Shown here: one piece after another, positions 1-12,619 of the stretch
Layout of the letters: the number at the start of each line of letters is the position of its first letter
Numbering within the stretch: the stretch's first letter is position 1
DNA from: Squalus acanthias
Lineage: Eukaryota
DNA: 64,000 bases
Assembly (NCBI GenBank): GCA_030390025.1
Contig: CM059433.1
Location: forward strand, 19,098,001 to 19,162,000
Direction of reading: 5' to 3'
The notes under the pieces: model-generated
What the model was told of the DNA's origin: nothing
What the model saw: the letters and a program-made list of their open reading frames with translations, nothing else
The model's database searches: none
Made by a program: the position numbers and the translations under genes

Positions 1-1375
1 TGGAGGAGCCCAAAGATCTTGAGGGTTGTAGGGCTGGAAGAGGCTACAAAGATAGGGCAGGGTGAGACCAAGGAGGGATCTGAAAACAAGGATGAGAATT
101 TTAAAATTGAGGCTTTGAGGGAGCCAATGTAGGCCAGCGAGCACAGGGGTGATGGGTGAACGGGAATTGGTGTGAGTTAAGATGCGGGCAGCAGAGTTTT
201 GGATGAGCTCTAGTTTATTGGGGGTGGAAGATGGGAGGCCGGCCAGGAGTGCGATGGAATAGTCAAGTCTAGAGGTAACAAAGGCATGGATGAGGGTTTC
301 AGCAGCAGATGAGCTGAGGCAAGGGCGAAGTCGAGCGATGTTACGGAGGTGGAAGTAGACGGTCTTGGTGATGGCGCGGATATGTGGTCGGAAGCTCATC
401 TCAAGGTTAAATACGACACCAAGGTTCCAAGCAGTCTGGTTCAGCCTCACTGTGGGAGCGGGTGAGTCTCTGGCTACGACTGGATAGATACGAATGGAAC
501 CAGGCGAGTGCAGTCCCACCCAGCTGGATGACGGGGGAGAGGCGTTGGTGGAGGATGGTGTGGAGGGGGACAGTACCTGAGGAGAGAGAACTGTTAACAA
601 TGTCAGCTAACATGGGGCCAGGAAGGGAAGTTGGGTGGTCAGCAGTTTGGTCAGAATAGGGTCCAGGGAGCAGGAGGTGGGTCTCATGGACAAGCTGAAT
701 TCAAAGAGGGCATGAGGGGAGATAGGAGAGAAAGATGTGAGTTCAGGGCTAGGGCAGGGGGGAACCTTAGAGGGAGTTTGGCCCGGGGAAGGTAGGGAAG
801 TGGCAGAGGCAGCTGAACGGATGGTCTCATTCTTAGTGACAAAGAAGTCCATGAGCTCCTTGTACTTGTTGTTGGAGATGAGGGTGGAGGAGGCATAGGA
901 GAGGGCTTTAAGAAGACGTTTTATAGTGAAGAAAAGAAGCCGGGGGTTATCTTTGCATTCCAGTATGATCCTGGAATAGTGAACAATTTTGGCAGAGGAG
1001 AGCAGGACCCAATAGTGCTTTATGTAGTTCAGCCAGATCTGGCGATGAATGACTAAAACAGTTGTCCGCCATCAATGTTCAAGTCTGCGTCCCTTGGACT
1101 TAAGGGCGCGGAGACAAGGGCCGTACCAGGAGGACGACCAGCATGAGAGAGAGTAATGTTTTTAATGGCGACTAGGGCATCAAAGGTGGAGGCGAGGGTG
1201 TGATTGAGCAAGTCGGTAGCTGCAGAAAAGTCATGGTGAATGGAGGGCCAAAGCTTGGACAGTTGGGAATTTGAAAGTGCAGTTGTAAGTGACTTGGGAG
1301 AGAGTTTTTTCCAGTGGTGGACACAGAAGGCAGTGGGGTTGAGAGGGGGAAGGGGAATGTTGACGTTGACACCTT
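1..1375 (-). mobile_element. L2-clade LINE fragment (ORF2 portions with internal deletions; runs off window start)
   Basis: Minus-strand peptides 'MRPTSCSLDPILTKLL', 'LADIVNSSLSSGTVP', 'GTALAWFHSYLS' are typical of L2 ORF2; 1-430 closely matches the L2 copy at 16626-17365. Confidence 0.85.
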
Positions 1376-1414
1376 TGGTCATGCCACACCCATTCATTTT
1401 TGTTTAAAATGTAA

Positions 1415-2294
1415 GGGGGAAAAATTTGGTTGTTTTGCGCCTCCCGTTAGCACCCAAAGAGGGTGCTAATGGGGCGCAAAGCAACTAGTGCCCGGGCGCG
1501 GCGATGTTTGCGCCACTCGCGAAATTGACCAGACATTTTGCGGTGGCGCTAAACACTACCGCCACGATCTCCTGCGCCCGCAGATCGTGACGTCAGTCGA
1601 GTGTGCAACGTCCCGGACCCGATATTGAGTGGCGCCCCCTGCCTTTCCGCCTGCCGCTAGCAACGACAGGTTGAGGGGAATGTTTTGCAGTCGGGAAGGG
1701 ACTGGGGGAGCGCTATTTAAAGGTGACCGCCTTTTGCCTTTTTTTGTCTGCGACATTTTTGCACCACGCATTCTAGAGAGAGAGAGAGACTTCTGGAGAG
1801 ATTCAACGCTGTGTGAAGGAGTTTTGGGTATTGAGCAGCACTCTGCAGGTTCATTTTGATTTGATCTTCCTTGCATCGATTTAGAAGAGACTGTGGGGGC
1901 TGCACTTTGAGCTCTTTCCCTGGGCCTCTCCACTGTTCTTTCCAGCAGATTTGATGTACAGGTCTCTCCAGGCCGAGATTCAAGGCTGCAATGAGCAGGG
2001 TGTGGATGGAGAGCAAGATCGACCCTCTCCTTTAAGAACTGGCTGGCGCCAGTGTGTCTGTGTTCCATTGCGGACTGACATCACATGAGTTTCGCCAGTG
2101 CTCTGCGGTAGCGCCTCGCTCCTCGGCGTTAGCGCTGTAAGAGAGGTGTGTAGTGCCTGATTTAGCGCTCCAATCACCTCCAGGGGCGATAGAAGACAAG
2201 TCTGCAGTCGGAGGCGATAATTAGCGCCAGGCGCTAAACTTTGCGCCCAGCCGATAATTGCGCCCCAAACGGGGCGATACCGAATTTCTCCCCC
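1415..2294. mobile_element. Non-autonomous PIF/Harbinger-like DNA transposon (~880 bp)
   Basis: Imperfect TIRs GGGGGAAAAATTTGGT ... ACCGAATTTCTCCCCC; TAA on both flanks (1412-1414, 2295-2297); CpG-rich subterminal hairpins such as TTAGCACCC-AAAGA-GGGTGCTAA. Confidence 0.8.
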
Positions 2295-3000
2295 TAAGTG
2301 TTTTGATGCCAAAAATGAAATCAGTTCTCTTATATATTAAAACTTTAGATCATAGATCTCACTACTAACATTTTCTTGTTGTTGATAGATGACTAGTCAT
2401 TCTGGAGTATTTTAAAGGATATAATACACTATTTGTGGGGTTTCTATTAGGACATGACAGATACTAAGATGAAAATTAAAAGTTAACAGTGTTATTTTTA
2501 TTTTTGAATCTTGGTCTTCATATTGGGATGGATGCAACAAGAGGATACTCCCTGTGCTTGTTTGTTCAGTGCCACAGGACTCTGGAATGATGAGCGGGAT
2601 GTGTTGCTTGCCAAGTTTATCACTCTGGAATTTCAGCTTTGAGAATAATGTCTTTATGCACCATAACAAGGTAAGGTGCTAGCAACTGTTATTTTAGTTT
2701 TTCCACTTGGGACTAATAACATTTTTATCCCTCTTTCTATTAGCACTTTTCCTTCTTTATCTTTCATATTCCTTTACTTTGACAGCTTTGCAACATTTGA
2801 ACAGGATTTCAAGAACGTGTGTGCGCATCCGTGTGTGTGTCAATTGGATTGGGGTGGGGGGAGGGGAGGGGAGGGAGAACATATTATCCATCTATTAGAT
2901 TGCATGGTGGTAGGACTTTAGCTGGAACAGACTTCCAAAGTACCATGCTCAGCCACAATGCGTACGACTGACTCATCGAGATGAACTCTGCAGCTATGCT

Positions 3001-3369
3001 TCTTCTTCTTAGGCAGTCCCTCGGAACCGAGGATGACTTGCTTCCACACTAAAATGAGTTCTCAGGTGACTGATGAGTCCAATGTGGGACCTACAGTCTC
3101 TGTCACAGGTGGGACAGACGGTGGTTGAAGGGGCGGGTGGGTGGTGTGCTTGGGTTGACGTGCGCTCCTTCCGCTGTTTGCGCTTGGCTTCCGCTTGCTC
3201 CCGGTGAAGAGACACGAGGTGTTCGGCGCCTTCCCGGATGCTTCTCCTCTACTTTGTGCGGTCTTGGGCCAGGGATTCCCAGGTGTCGGTGGGGATGTTG
3301 CACTTTTTCAAGGAGGCTTTGAGGGTGTCCTTGAAGCATTTCCTCTGCCCACCTGGGGCTCTCTTGCGC
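3001..3369 (-). mobile_element. RTE-clade LINE 3' fragment
   Basis: Minus-strand 'KDTLKASLKKCNIPTDTWESLAQDRTKWR...CPTCDRDCRSHIGLISHLRTH' (RTE C-terminus with C2H2-like motif), short 3' UTR ending in (AAG)n. Confidence 0.8.
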
Positions 3370-4141
3370 TGCTATGAGGAAATGATGACAGTATCAGCTC
3401 TCGAGTGAAAATATGTAGATACTCAATGCAAGACAGTCTGCTTTCACATTTCAAATAATCCCAATAATTTTCTGCAATGCCATGGAATATAGAACTGAAA
3501 AATCAGATAACAGAAGGTGCAGAAGAGACATCAAAACAAAAAAAAACATTATAAATGATCTGAAAATAGCAATATACAGTACTGGAAAAGGCCATTGTGG
3601 TCCATCTGGCCAGTCCCAAAAGTTCAAAAAATAACAGACTACACTTTATTTCTTATCTTCCTGAGTCACTTTTTCGGCAAAAGACTGTCCAGTTTCTGCT
3701 TGAATTAGTTGACACTGTCCATCTCCACTGTCTCCCTGTGTGGTCGGTTCCAGACCATCATCATCCTGTGTGTGAAGTAGATAAGTCTGACCTGTCTGTT
3801 CCTTTCTTCTTGTGAGTTTGATCTCAAAGCAGAACCGGTGACTATCCTGCTCACAAGGAGACTTGTAGTAACTCTGGGTTCAGCACATGACATTTCCATG
3901 CCTCCCTTTTGAGGGTATAAAATATCTCTTTCTTCGCCTACCTCTCTGGTTAGCTCATATTAAAATCAATCAATGCATTGATCTTAATTCCACCTTCCCC
4001 CGATATTCCTTATTACTTCTTTTCTCCTGAAACACAACTAGATGTCTCCTGAATTTCTTTTCAATGGTATTCCCTGGTAATTTGTTCCATATGTTTATTA
4101 CCTTTTGTGTGGAATTGTTTTGCGTGAAATCCCTAATGACC

Positions 4142-4917
4142 ACAACAACAACTTGCATTTATATAGCACCTTTAACGTAGCAAAACATCCCAAGGTGCTT
4201 CACAATAGTGTTATCAATCAAAATTTGACACCAAGCCACAGGAGGCGATATCAGGACAGATGACCAAGAGCTTGGTCAAAGAGGTAGGTTTTAAGGGGCA
4301 TCTTCAAGGAGGAGAGAGAGGTGGAGAGGCAGAAAGGTTTAGGGCGGGAATTCCAAAGCTTAGGGCCAAGGCAGCTGAAAGCACAGCTGATGAAAGCACG
4401 GCTGCCAATGGTGGGGTGAGTAAAATTGGGAATGCCCAAGATGCCAGAATTGGAGGAGTGCAGAGATCTTGAAGGCTTGTAGGGCTGGAGGAGGTTACAG
4501 AGCGAGGGAGGGGTGAGGCTATGGAGGGATTTGAAAACAAGGATGAGGATTTTAAAATTGAGGTGTTGCCAGACCAGGAGCCAGTGTAGGTCAGCAAGCA
4601 CAGGGGTGATGGGCGAATGGGACTTGGTGAGAGTTAAGATACGGGCAGCAGAGTTTTGGATGAGCACAAGTTTATGTAGGGTGGAAGATGTGAGGCTGGC
4701 CAGGAGAGCATTGGAATAGTCAGGTCTAGAGGCAGGGTCGGAGATGGAAGTAGGCAGTCTTGGTAATGGAGCGGATCTGTGGTTGGAAGATCATCTTGGG
4801 ATCAAACACAACACCAAGGTTGCGAACGTTCTGGCTCAGCTTCCAGACAGTTGCCAGGAGAGGGATGGAAATGGTGGCCAGGGAACGGAGTTAGTTGCCG
4901 GGACCAAAGACAATGGA
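4142..4917 (-). mobile_element. L2-clade LINE 3' fragment
   Basis: ORF 4251-4667 'IQNSAARILTLTKSHSPITPVLADLHWL...LKTYLF'; (CAA)n tail at 4142. Confidence 0.9.
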
Positions 4918-5215
4918 CTGAATTTTCCAGGGTGGTAGCGGGCGAGATGGGTGGTGGGTCGGGTGGCAAAGTTGTTATTTTTGACTGCGGGTCGGGAACG
5001 CGCTGTCATCTCGCTCCCACACACCTTTCCCACAGGAGCATCTGTCATCGTGGAGCCGACCCGACCTGCAGCGGCGGGGGACCCAAATGAAATCATCGGG
5101 CTGGATTTTGCCGTCGCTCAGAGGGCGAGTTTGGAGACGGGTCCGCTGTCAAAATAGCAAAGATTGACAACGGGTAGCAAACCTACTGTCAACCCGGCTC
5201 CACACGAGTCTCCCA
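4915..5215. mobile_element. Truncated Harbinger-like MITE termini (two adjacent ends)
   Basis: GGACTGAATTTTCC and GGGCTGGATTTTGCC starts resemble the G-rich/ATTTT TIRs of other elements here; GC-rich, with a CTGTCAA/TTGACAA hairpin at 5143-5173; no partner TIR seen. Confidence 0.45.
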
Positions 5216-5329
5216 ATTACTCTTAATTGCCTGATTTTAAAATTATATTCCATGATTTCTTGAATATTTTATCAATGTGGACAAAAAATAGCCACTGATC
5301 AGGAAAGGGAAAGGGTAAAAGAAGGGTTG

Positions 5330-5700
5330 GGTGTCTAAAACAAGACGACCTTGGGCGGCAGGGAGGGAGGTGAATAAGCAGAGGTGCTTGGGGAGAGGAT
5401 TCCAGAGTGGCTATAAAGGAGGAGCCACTGATGGTGGAGTGGGGGCAGCAGGGAACAAGGAGCCAGCCAGTGTCTGAGAGGCGAAGTGCTGGTAGAGCTG
5501 CAGGGGTAGGTGGGGAGAGACCATTGAGGGATTTGAAGGCAAGGATGCAGATCTTACCATTGCTGAGGCATGGAACTTGGTGAGGACAGGGGTAATGGAG
5601 TGTGGGCCCCGAGAAGATGGCAACAGTGTTTGGATAAGTTGTAGTTTGTGGAGGGTGGAGGTGGGATTGCTAGCAAGGACAGCAATGGAGAAATCAAGCC
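5330..5700 (-). mobile_element. Older, decayed L2 3' fragment
   Basis: 'STLHKLQLIQT...HSITPVLTKFH' in ORF 5411-5716 resembles the L2 C-terminus. Confidence 0.6.
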
Positions 5701-5701
5701 C

Positions 5702-6503
5702 TTTTTTTTCATTCATGTTATGTGGGCGTCGCTGGCAAGGCCACCATTAATTACCCATCCCTAATTGCCCTTGAGAAGGTGGTGGTGAGCCGCCTTCTTG
5801 AACCACTGCAGTCCGTGTGGTGAAGGTACTCCCACAGTGCTGTTGGGGAGGGAGTTCAAAGATTTTCACCCAGCGACGATGAAGGAACGGCGATATACTT
5901 CCAAGTCAGGATGGCGTGTGACTTGGAAGGGAACTTGGAGATGGTGATGTTCCCATACGCCTGCTCACCTTGTCCTTCTAGGTGGTAGAGGTCGCGGGTT
6001 TGGGAGGTGCTGTCGAAGAAGATGGTACACAGTGCAGCCATGGTACACCAGTGGTGGAGGGAGTGAATGTTTAAGGTGGCGGATGGGGTGCCAATCAAGC
6101 GGGCTGCTTTGTTTTGGATGGTGTCGAGCTTCTTGAGTGTTGTTGGAGCTGCACTCATCCAGGCAAGTGGAGAGTATTCCATCACACTCCTTACTTGTGC
6201 CTTGTAGATGGTGGAAAGGCTTTGGGGAGTCAGGAGGGGAGACACTCGCCACAGAATACCTAGCCTTTGACCTGCTCTTGTTGCCACAGTATTTATGTGG
6301 CTGGTTCAGTTAAGTTTCTGGTCAATGGTGACCCCCAGGATGTTGATGGTGGGGGATTCGGCGATGGTAATGCCATTGAATGTCAAGGGGCGGTGGTTAG
6401 ACTCTTGCTTGTTGAAGATAGTCATTGCCTGGCACTTGTGTGGCGCGAATGTTACCTGCCACTTATCAGCCCAAGCCTGAATGTTGTCCAGGTCTTTTTG
6501 CAT
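5702..6503 (-). mobile_element. CR1-group LINE 3' fragment (Zenon/Crack-like)
   Basis: 'MQKDLDNIQAWADKWQVTFAPHKCQ', 'LSTIYKAQVRSVMEYSPLAWMSAAPTTLKKLDTIQNKAARLI'; 3' end CATGAATGAA + A-run. Confidence 0.75.
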
Positions 6504-7450
6504 GCGGGTAATAAAAGCAGAAGAGGTGACATGTCGGGGAGGAGGCAGGCCATGTTACAAAGATAAAGAAAGCGGTCTTGGTGATCAATCCCCTGGGAAG
6601 GCGGGTGGAGGGTAAATGAGCTCAGGGACAAGCAGTACACCAAGATTCTGCACTGAGATAACAACTGCTGAGGTTAATCAACTCGAAGCCTATGGTGCAC
6701 AGCTGTTTGCAACCAGAAAATGATGGAGAATAGTACTTTGTCCAGAAAATCCTCTTACTAACTTCTCCTGTAAGCAATAAATTAAGGAATCCTAGACGGC
6801 ACAAAGCAATGAAAGGCTCCTGCCCACTGAATAAACACCATGGCCACACCTGGAATTCCTATGCTTATTTCTATTTTACTATGTGTTAAATATCTGAATG
6901 ATAATGAAAACATTTTGGATAATGAAGCAGAATGTTTCACACTGATAAAATGTTACAAAAAGTTGGACGTAATTTTCAAATTAGGAAATTAAGAGTAACT
7001 AGGGAATTCAGGCAAAACTGTTTCACACACAGGGTAGTAGGCATATGGAACAAATTACCAGGGAAGGTCATTTGAAGCAAATAGAATAAATTAGTTTCAA
7101 GTGACAACTGGATAGCTTTCTTGAGATAGAGGGGATTGAGGGATAAAGACCGAGCATGGGGTTGAGATCAAACAAAGAGAGACGGGTTTGTTCAGCCAAA
7201 TGGTCTTGTCTTGTTCCTAAAACTTCCTATGTTTCTATTCTAATGTGTATGCATTAAAGTCAGAGTCCAAATCAAGTATAGCACTGATTAAAAGTACAGT
7301 AAAGCTCCCTTTTTACTATCCCAACAATATCTGCAATTCAAAATTTTAGTCATGTGCATTCTTATCAGCATTGCAAAGAAGAGGAGAAGGACAAGTAATC
7401 TTTTGGGTCTAGTTTTCAGGATCCAGGCAAGTACAACTGCTAGTTTGAGT

Positions 7451-7880
7451 ACAACAACAACAACAACCTGTATTTATAGAACGCCTTTAACATAGTAAAA
7501 CGTCCCAAAGCGCATCACAGGCGCTTTATTAAACAAAATGTGACACCGAGCCACGTAAGGAGATATTAGGGCAGATGGCTAAAAGCTTGGTCAAAGAAAT
7601 AGGTTTTAAGGAGCATCTTAAAGGAGGAGAGAGATGTAGAGAGGTGGAGCGGTTTAGGGAGGCAATTCCAGAGCTTTGGGCCAAGGCAGCAGAAAGCACA
7701 TCCGGCAATAGTGGAGTGATTAAAATCGGGGATGCGCAAGAGGCCAGAATTAGAAGAGCGTAGAGATCTCAGAGGGTTGTAGGGCTGGAGGAGATTACAG
7801 AGATAGGGAGGGATTGGAAAACAAGGATGAGAGTTTTAAAATTGAGGCGTTGCCGGACCAGGAGGTCAGCGAGCACATTG
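7451..7880 (-). mobile_element. L2 3' fragment
   Basis: (CAA)n tail; sequence matches the other L2 3' ends in the window. Confidence 0.85.
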
Positions 7881-7959
7881 AGTAGTCTATCTTTAAGCAT
7901 ATGTGCCCTAATTTTTCCCTTCTGAAAGGGCGAAATGCCCACAGCTTAAGGCAGACAAT

Positions 7960-8771
7960 GGGCGCGATTTTGCCAGCCCTGGGGAGGTGGGTTTGGGGGC
8001 GGGTACCCATCCCGCCCCCAACCCTCAACCGTGCCATCTTCCCAGGAGGCGGGTAGCCGACCCGCGCTGGGTCCCGTCTCCTGGAGGCAGGAAGGGGATT
8101 ACAGCCACTTAACTGCCTGTTAACAGGTAGTTAATAGGCAGTTAAGAAAATTATCTCCATTTTTCCAGCAGAGGCGTGGGCTTCCCGACATCGGGAAACC
8201 CCGCCAGGGTCAGCGAGGCGAGCAGTGGGTCTGCGGGAGTCGGAGGGGTCCAAAAGTGTGCTGTGGAGGTAAGTGATGGGTGCAAGTGTGGAGAGGTAAA
8301 TGTGTGAGGTGAGTGAAAAGTGATAGAAAATGTTTACTTACCTTTGTTTCTTCCTGCAGGCTTCAACAGTTGGGGAACCGGAGACTCTCGCATCTCACCG
8401 GCAGAGATGACAGATGGCTGCTGCATTCTCCGATGCAACAACCATCTAATTTCTGCTCACAAAAGAGGTTTGATGAGTCTTGAATACAAGAACTCATCAA
8501 ACAACAGAGAATGTCAGTGTTTGACAGCTTCACAGAGCTGTCAAACGATGACAATTCATCTGTCAAAAATTTTTGACAGATGAAACGTCATACGCTGACA
8601 TTCTCTGTAACCGGCTTCCCCTTAATTGGCCTGCTAAGCCCGCTGGGCGGGCTTAACAAGGTCAATCAAGGGAAAATAGCGTGGGTTGGCCACAAGTCAT
8701 TGGAGGCGGGACTAAAACCTGACAAGTGGGAGTCCCACCTCCAACGCGCCCCCATTGACAAAATCGCCCCC
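7960..8771. mobile_element. Non-autonomous Harbinger-like element (~810 bp) with internal multi-hairpin cassette
   Basis: TIRs GGGCGCGATTTTGCCA ... TGACAAAATCGCCCCC; AAT on both flanks (7957-7959, 8772-8774), i.e. a 3-bp TSD. Confidence 0.75.
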
Positions 8772-10349
8772 AATGTTTCTATCTCTCCCAATGCCATACC
8801 TGAGCCAGTCACTAGGAGATGTGTAAAAGCAGCCAGGTAGCTACCCTACCCTAACTTTTCTTATAAACTCATTAATACAAACAACTTAACCTTGAATTTA
8901 CAAATGAGTGGGACCTCCATGTATCTAAGTGCCTGTCCTCCATCTGGCACCATTCCACAGCAAATATTTGAGATGAAGAACTCAGCAGAATGTAGTGTTG
9001 AAACAGCATCTCATCACTGTGTGGATGTCACCGTGCTCCAAAATTCCTGGCTGGCTATCCTCAGACTGTTCTGGCTTCTCTATTCCTTTCCATGTGTCTT
9101 AGTTCTGACTTCTCTCTTCCTTGCCAAGCTTCTGCTTCCTCTCCCAGTCTCTCTCTCCTCTCTCTCTCTTACTTACTATCTAAATTCATTGACAAGGGCA
9201 GTTAGGCAGATAAAATTTGCACAGATTTTTAGAAGGCATTTGATAATGTCCCAAATATGAGATTTATATGCACTCATCTAGAATGGGCTTTGAGTTATTG
9301 TTTCAGTGCAACTTAGATACATGGAAGTCAAAAGTATCTGTGAGCGTAAGGCTAAGCTGCTTGTACCAACCAGATTCCAAATAAGTTGAAGTTGCAGATA
9401 AATATTAACACTGACATTAAGAGTGATGTAAAAAAAAATGATATGGAAATAAGCCTGCATGCATTCAGGATCTGCAAACATTGAGTTGTGGGCTTGATAA
9501 CATATTTGCGTGCAAAGTATACAAGCTACGCCACAACTGAGCTCCTGTTTCACAATCTTGAACTATTCACTGGTGTATAAGTCAAATTTGATACAGTATA
9601 ATAACAGTACTGTTTATGAGGGACATAATTGTCCATAGGGAATGCTGGCTTGTCAATTAACTGGCTTGTCTAGCTTGTTATGTACTTTTGCTTGTTGCCT
9701 TCACAAACAGGGCCAACTGAGACTGGCACCTCTCCTGGGGAGAATACTTCACTGTAATGTAGTGTGCTGTTGTCTTCAGGCTACTTGTTTTGAGGGTTTA
9801 TGAAGGAGCTAAAGTATATAGATTGTAATTTCTTAATAAACTAATGACAGAAGGGTGTGATCATTTATTGCGTATTTAAAATCCTCATATAGAACACTCA
9901 ATTCATCCAAGAACAATTCTCGTTAAATGCCCAAGCCTGCTGCATATATTCCACAATTAGATCAGTCATCATCACATTAGTAGCCAAAGCCTGCCAAAAA
10001 CACATTCTCCATTGCAATCAGAAAACATTCTTCTTTACCAGGACTAGGTGTAAATAAAACTGATTCACAGGCCGTAGTGATGCATAAAAAATGGTCACGT
10101 TTTCCTTTATAAAAAAGGATTCAAGTTAAGGAGTGAACCAAAGAATTGGAGGGTAAATATAAAATTGCGAACCAAATAAAATACGGAGCCGAGAACAAGT
10201 GAAAAAGCCAAAAGTAGGTTACAATGCAAGAAACATTGGATGATTTACTAAAAATCACACAGGAAACATTACAATTATGAAATAAAGGAAATACCCTAAT
10301 AACAAAATGAGAGAAGTAGGAAAAGAAATCGGTTTTAGTATCTTCCATT

Positions 10350-11420
10350 GCAGCAAGTTTTTTTTGTTGCTATCTTTAGTATTACAATTATAGAATATTA
10401 CAACACTCAAACAAGCCAATTAAACAGTCCATTAAGTCTATGCTGGTGTCTTTCTCCACATGAGCCACCTAATCCCTTCTCTTGCTTGCTCTCTTTAATG
10501 TTTCCCTTTTACAAGCAACTATCTAAATTCCATTTTAAAAGAATTTATGGACTCTGTTTCAACAAGAATTCCAGATCACCTCTCAACCTCCTCAGTTCCA
10601 TTGAAAGAATTTGTCAAGTCTCTCTTCATAACTGTAACCCCTTTTCTCTGGTAACATTCTAGTGACTGCACTTTTTTGGTTGGTTTTACGTCCTTCTATA
10701 ATGGGGTACGCAATAGTGCAACTATAGCCTAACTGAGGTCTTGTATAAGTTCAACATTACTTCCATGCCTCTATATGTAAAAATAAAGTTGCTTTTTGAG
10801 GTCAAGTACCTTTCTCCTTAACTTTTCTTTCTTCTTTCCTATTCTTACATTAAACCCAATTATAATGTAATCACATTTCCCAAATATTACCTTACTTTTA
10901 GGTCCCTTACTTGCTTTTCTTCATTACCCAGAATCAGGTCCAGTAGTGCTTTCTTCCTTGTTGGAGTAGCAACACATTGTCTGAAAGAACAGTTCTGAAT
11001 GCATTGCAAAAAATATTCCCCCTTTTCACCACAAACATATTCCATATCTCAGTTTACTATTGGATAATTATGCCAATACATATTTATCTACTTTATCTAT
11101 AAATTTCATCTCAATTTCCTTTCCACTGTTGAGCAATCTATAATATACTCTCAGGGATGTGACCAATCCCTTGGTATTTCTCAGCTCAATTCAAAGGGAT
11201 TCTGTTTTCACCACTTCTTTATTTAAATCTTTATGTTTTAGTGTTATAACATTCTCTAATATACTCCTCTATTTCTTCCCTATCTCTGCTGAAAGGTTTA
11301 TACCAAAGAATATTTAATTGCCAATCATGACACAGCTGCAGCCATGTTTGAGTTGCTACTCTTGTGTCCTGATTTTCTATTTTAATCAATGTCTTCTAGT
11401 TCGCCAGTTTTCCATGGGAT
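10350..11420 (-). mobile_element. Highly decayed CR1 remnants
   Basis: Patchy similarity to CR1 3' end and endonuclease region (e.g. CCCAGAATCAGGTCCAG = reverse of LDLILG); no sustained ORF. Confidence 0.45.
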
Positions 11421-11489
11421 AGATTTTCAACTTGTCAGGCATAAAATTGGCTACTAGTTACAGAAACGGCCTGATTTTCATTTCTATTA

Positions 11490-11690
11490 GATCAATGTGG
11501 TTGACTCTTAACTGCCTTCTGAAATGGCCGAGCGAGTCACTCAATTGTATCAAACTGCTAGGAAAACCTTCACCTCACAGACTGCAGCAGTTCAAGGCGG
11601 CGACTCACCACCACCACCTTCTCAAGGGCAATTAGGGATGGTCAATAAATGCTGGCCTTGCCAGCGATGCCCACATCCCATGAATGAACA
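11490..11690 (+). mobile_element. SINE-like fragment sharing its 3' tail with the LINE at 5702-6503
   Basis: 11566-11690 matches the reverse complement of 5705-5830; upstream 11490-11565 does not match the LINE. Confidence 0.6.
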
Positions 11691-11774
11691 AATCAGATCG
11701 CTAGAGGAATAATTTGGGTCTGGGTCACATGATTCCTACAGCCCAATCATATCACTTTAAAGCAGCGCTGACTA

Positions 11775-11925
11775 CATAGAAACATAGACATAGAAAAATA
11801 GGAGCAGGAGTAGGCCATTCGGCCCTTCGAGCCTGCTCCGCCATTCAACATGATCATGGCTGATCCTCCATCTCAATACCATATACCTGCTCTCTCCCCA
11901 TACCCCTTGATGCCTTTTGTGTAGA
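11775..11925 (-). mobile_element. CR1 3' tail
   Basis: CATAGAAA-type repeat plus GGAGTAGGCCATTCGGCCC stem-loop, as in other CR1 ends here. Confidence 0.8.
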
Positions 11926-12619
11926 AGTTGTGCTGCTAGCTGCCATTATCAGGGCCTTCACATCATTCTTAAGGGGGAGACGGTCCATGGAAAACATTTT
12001 TACCTACCTCCTTCATCTTCACCCTGTACTGGGACCCCTGCAGATCCACTGGCTCGCAGGGACCCCAGAGCAATGCCTTACACCAGGTAACTTTAGGTGG
12101 CCCTATGATAGGGTGCCCAATTAATTGGCAATGTGGAAACTGAAGTGAGAGGCCAAGAAGGCTCCCTCTTGTGTCATTTAAAAGGGAATGCTGGACCTGC
12201 ACGTACTGCAGGCACAGGCCTACTTATATCACCTGAGAAATCCCAGGAAATCCTGTGACAGTGAGAGGGAGTGGCAGAAGCCTGATGGGGTTCTCTGCAC
12301 CTTTCTCTTCTTCACTGCACCTGGGGAACCTCAATTTGCCAAGCGCAGTGAAGAGGAAAGTCTACCCTAATGTTTTTAATACTAGATAGAAAATTACCTG
12401 CATTAATAATAATGAAAAGTTTCATTCAATACTTAGTTTTGAAAATATTTTGTGTTCTTATGAGGATCTGCACCTTATTTTTTTTCTCTTGCAAGTTCTT
12501 CCCATGTATTGACTTCATGTCCTTGGTGGTTGGGCGGGGTTAGATGGCATACCCCTGGCCATTGTATGAATGTAGATATGTTTTTACATTATTTTAATAC
12601 AGAATGAAGACAGAACAGC

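Noticed and set aside
1556..2068. 170-aa ORF
   Set aside because: Lies inside a GC-rich non-autonomous element, spans a (GA)n run, and has no recognisable domain
8356..8583. Strong splice acceptor and 87-aa ORF
   Set aside because: Inside the MITE and runs through the palindromes; no recognisable protein
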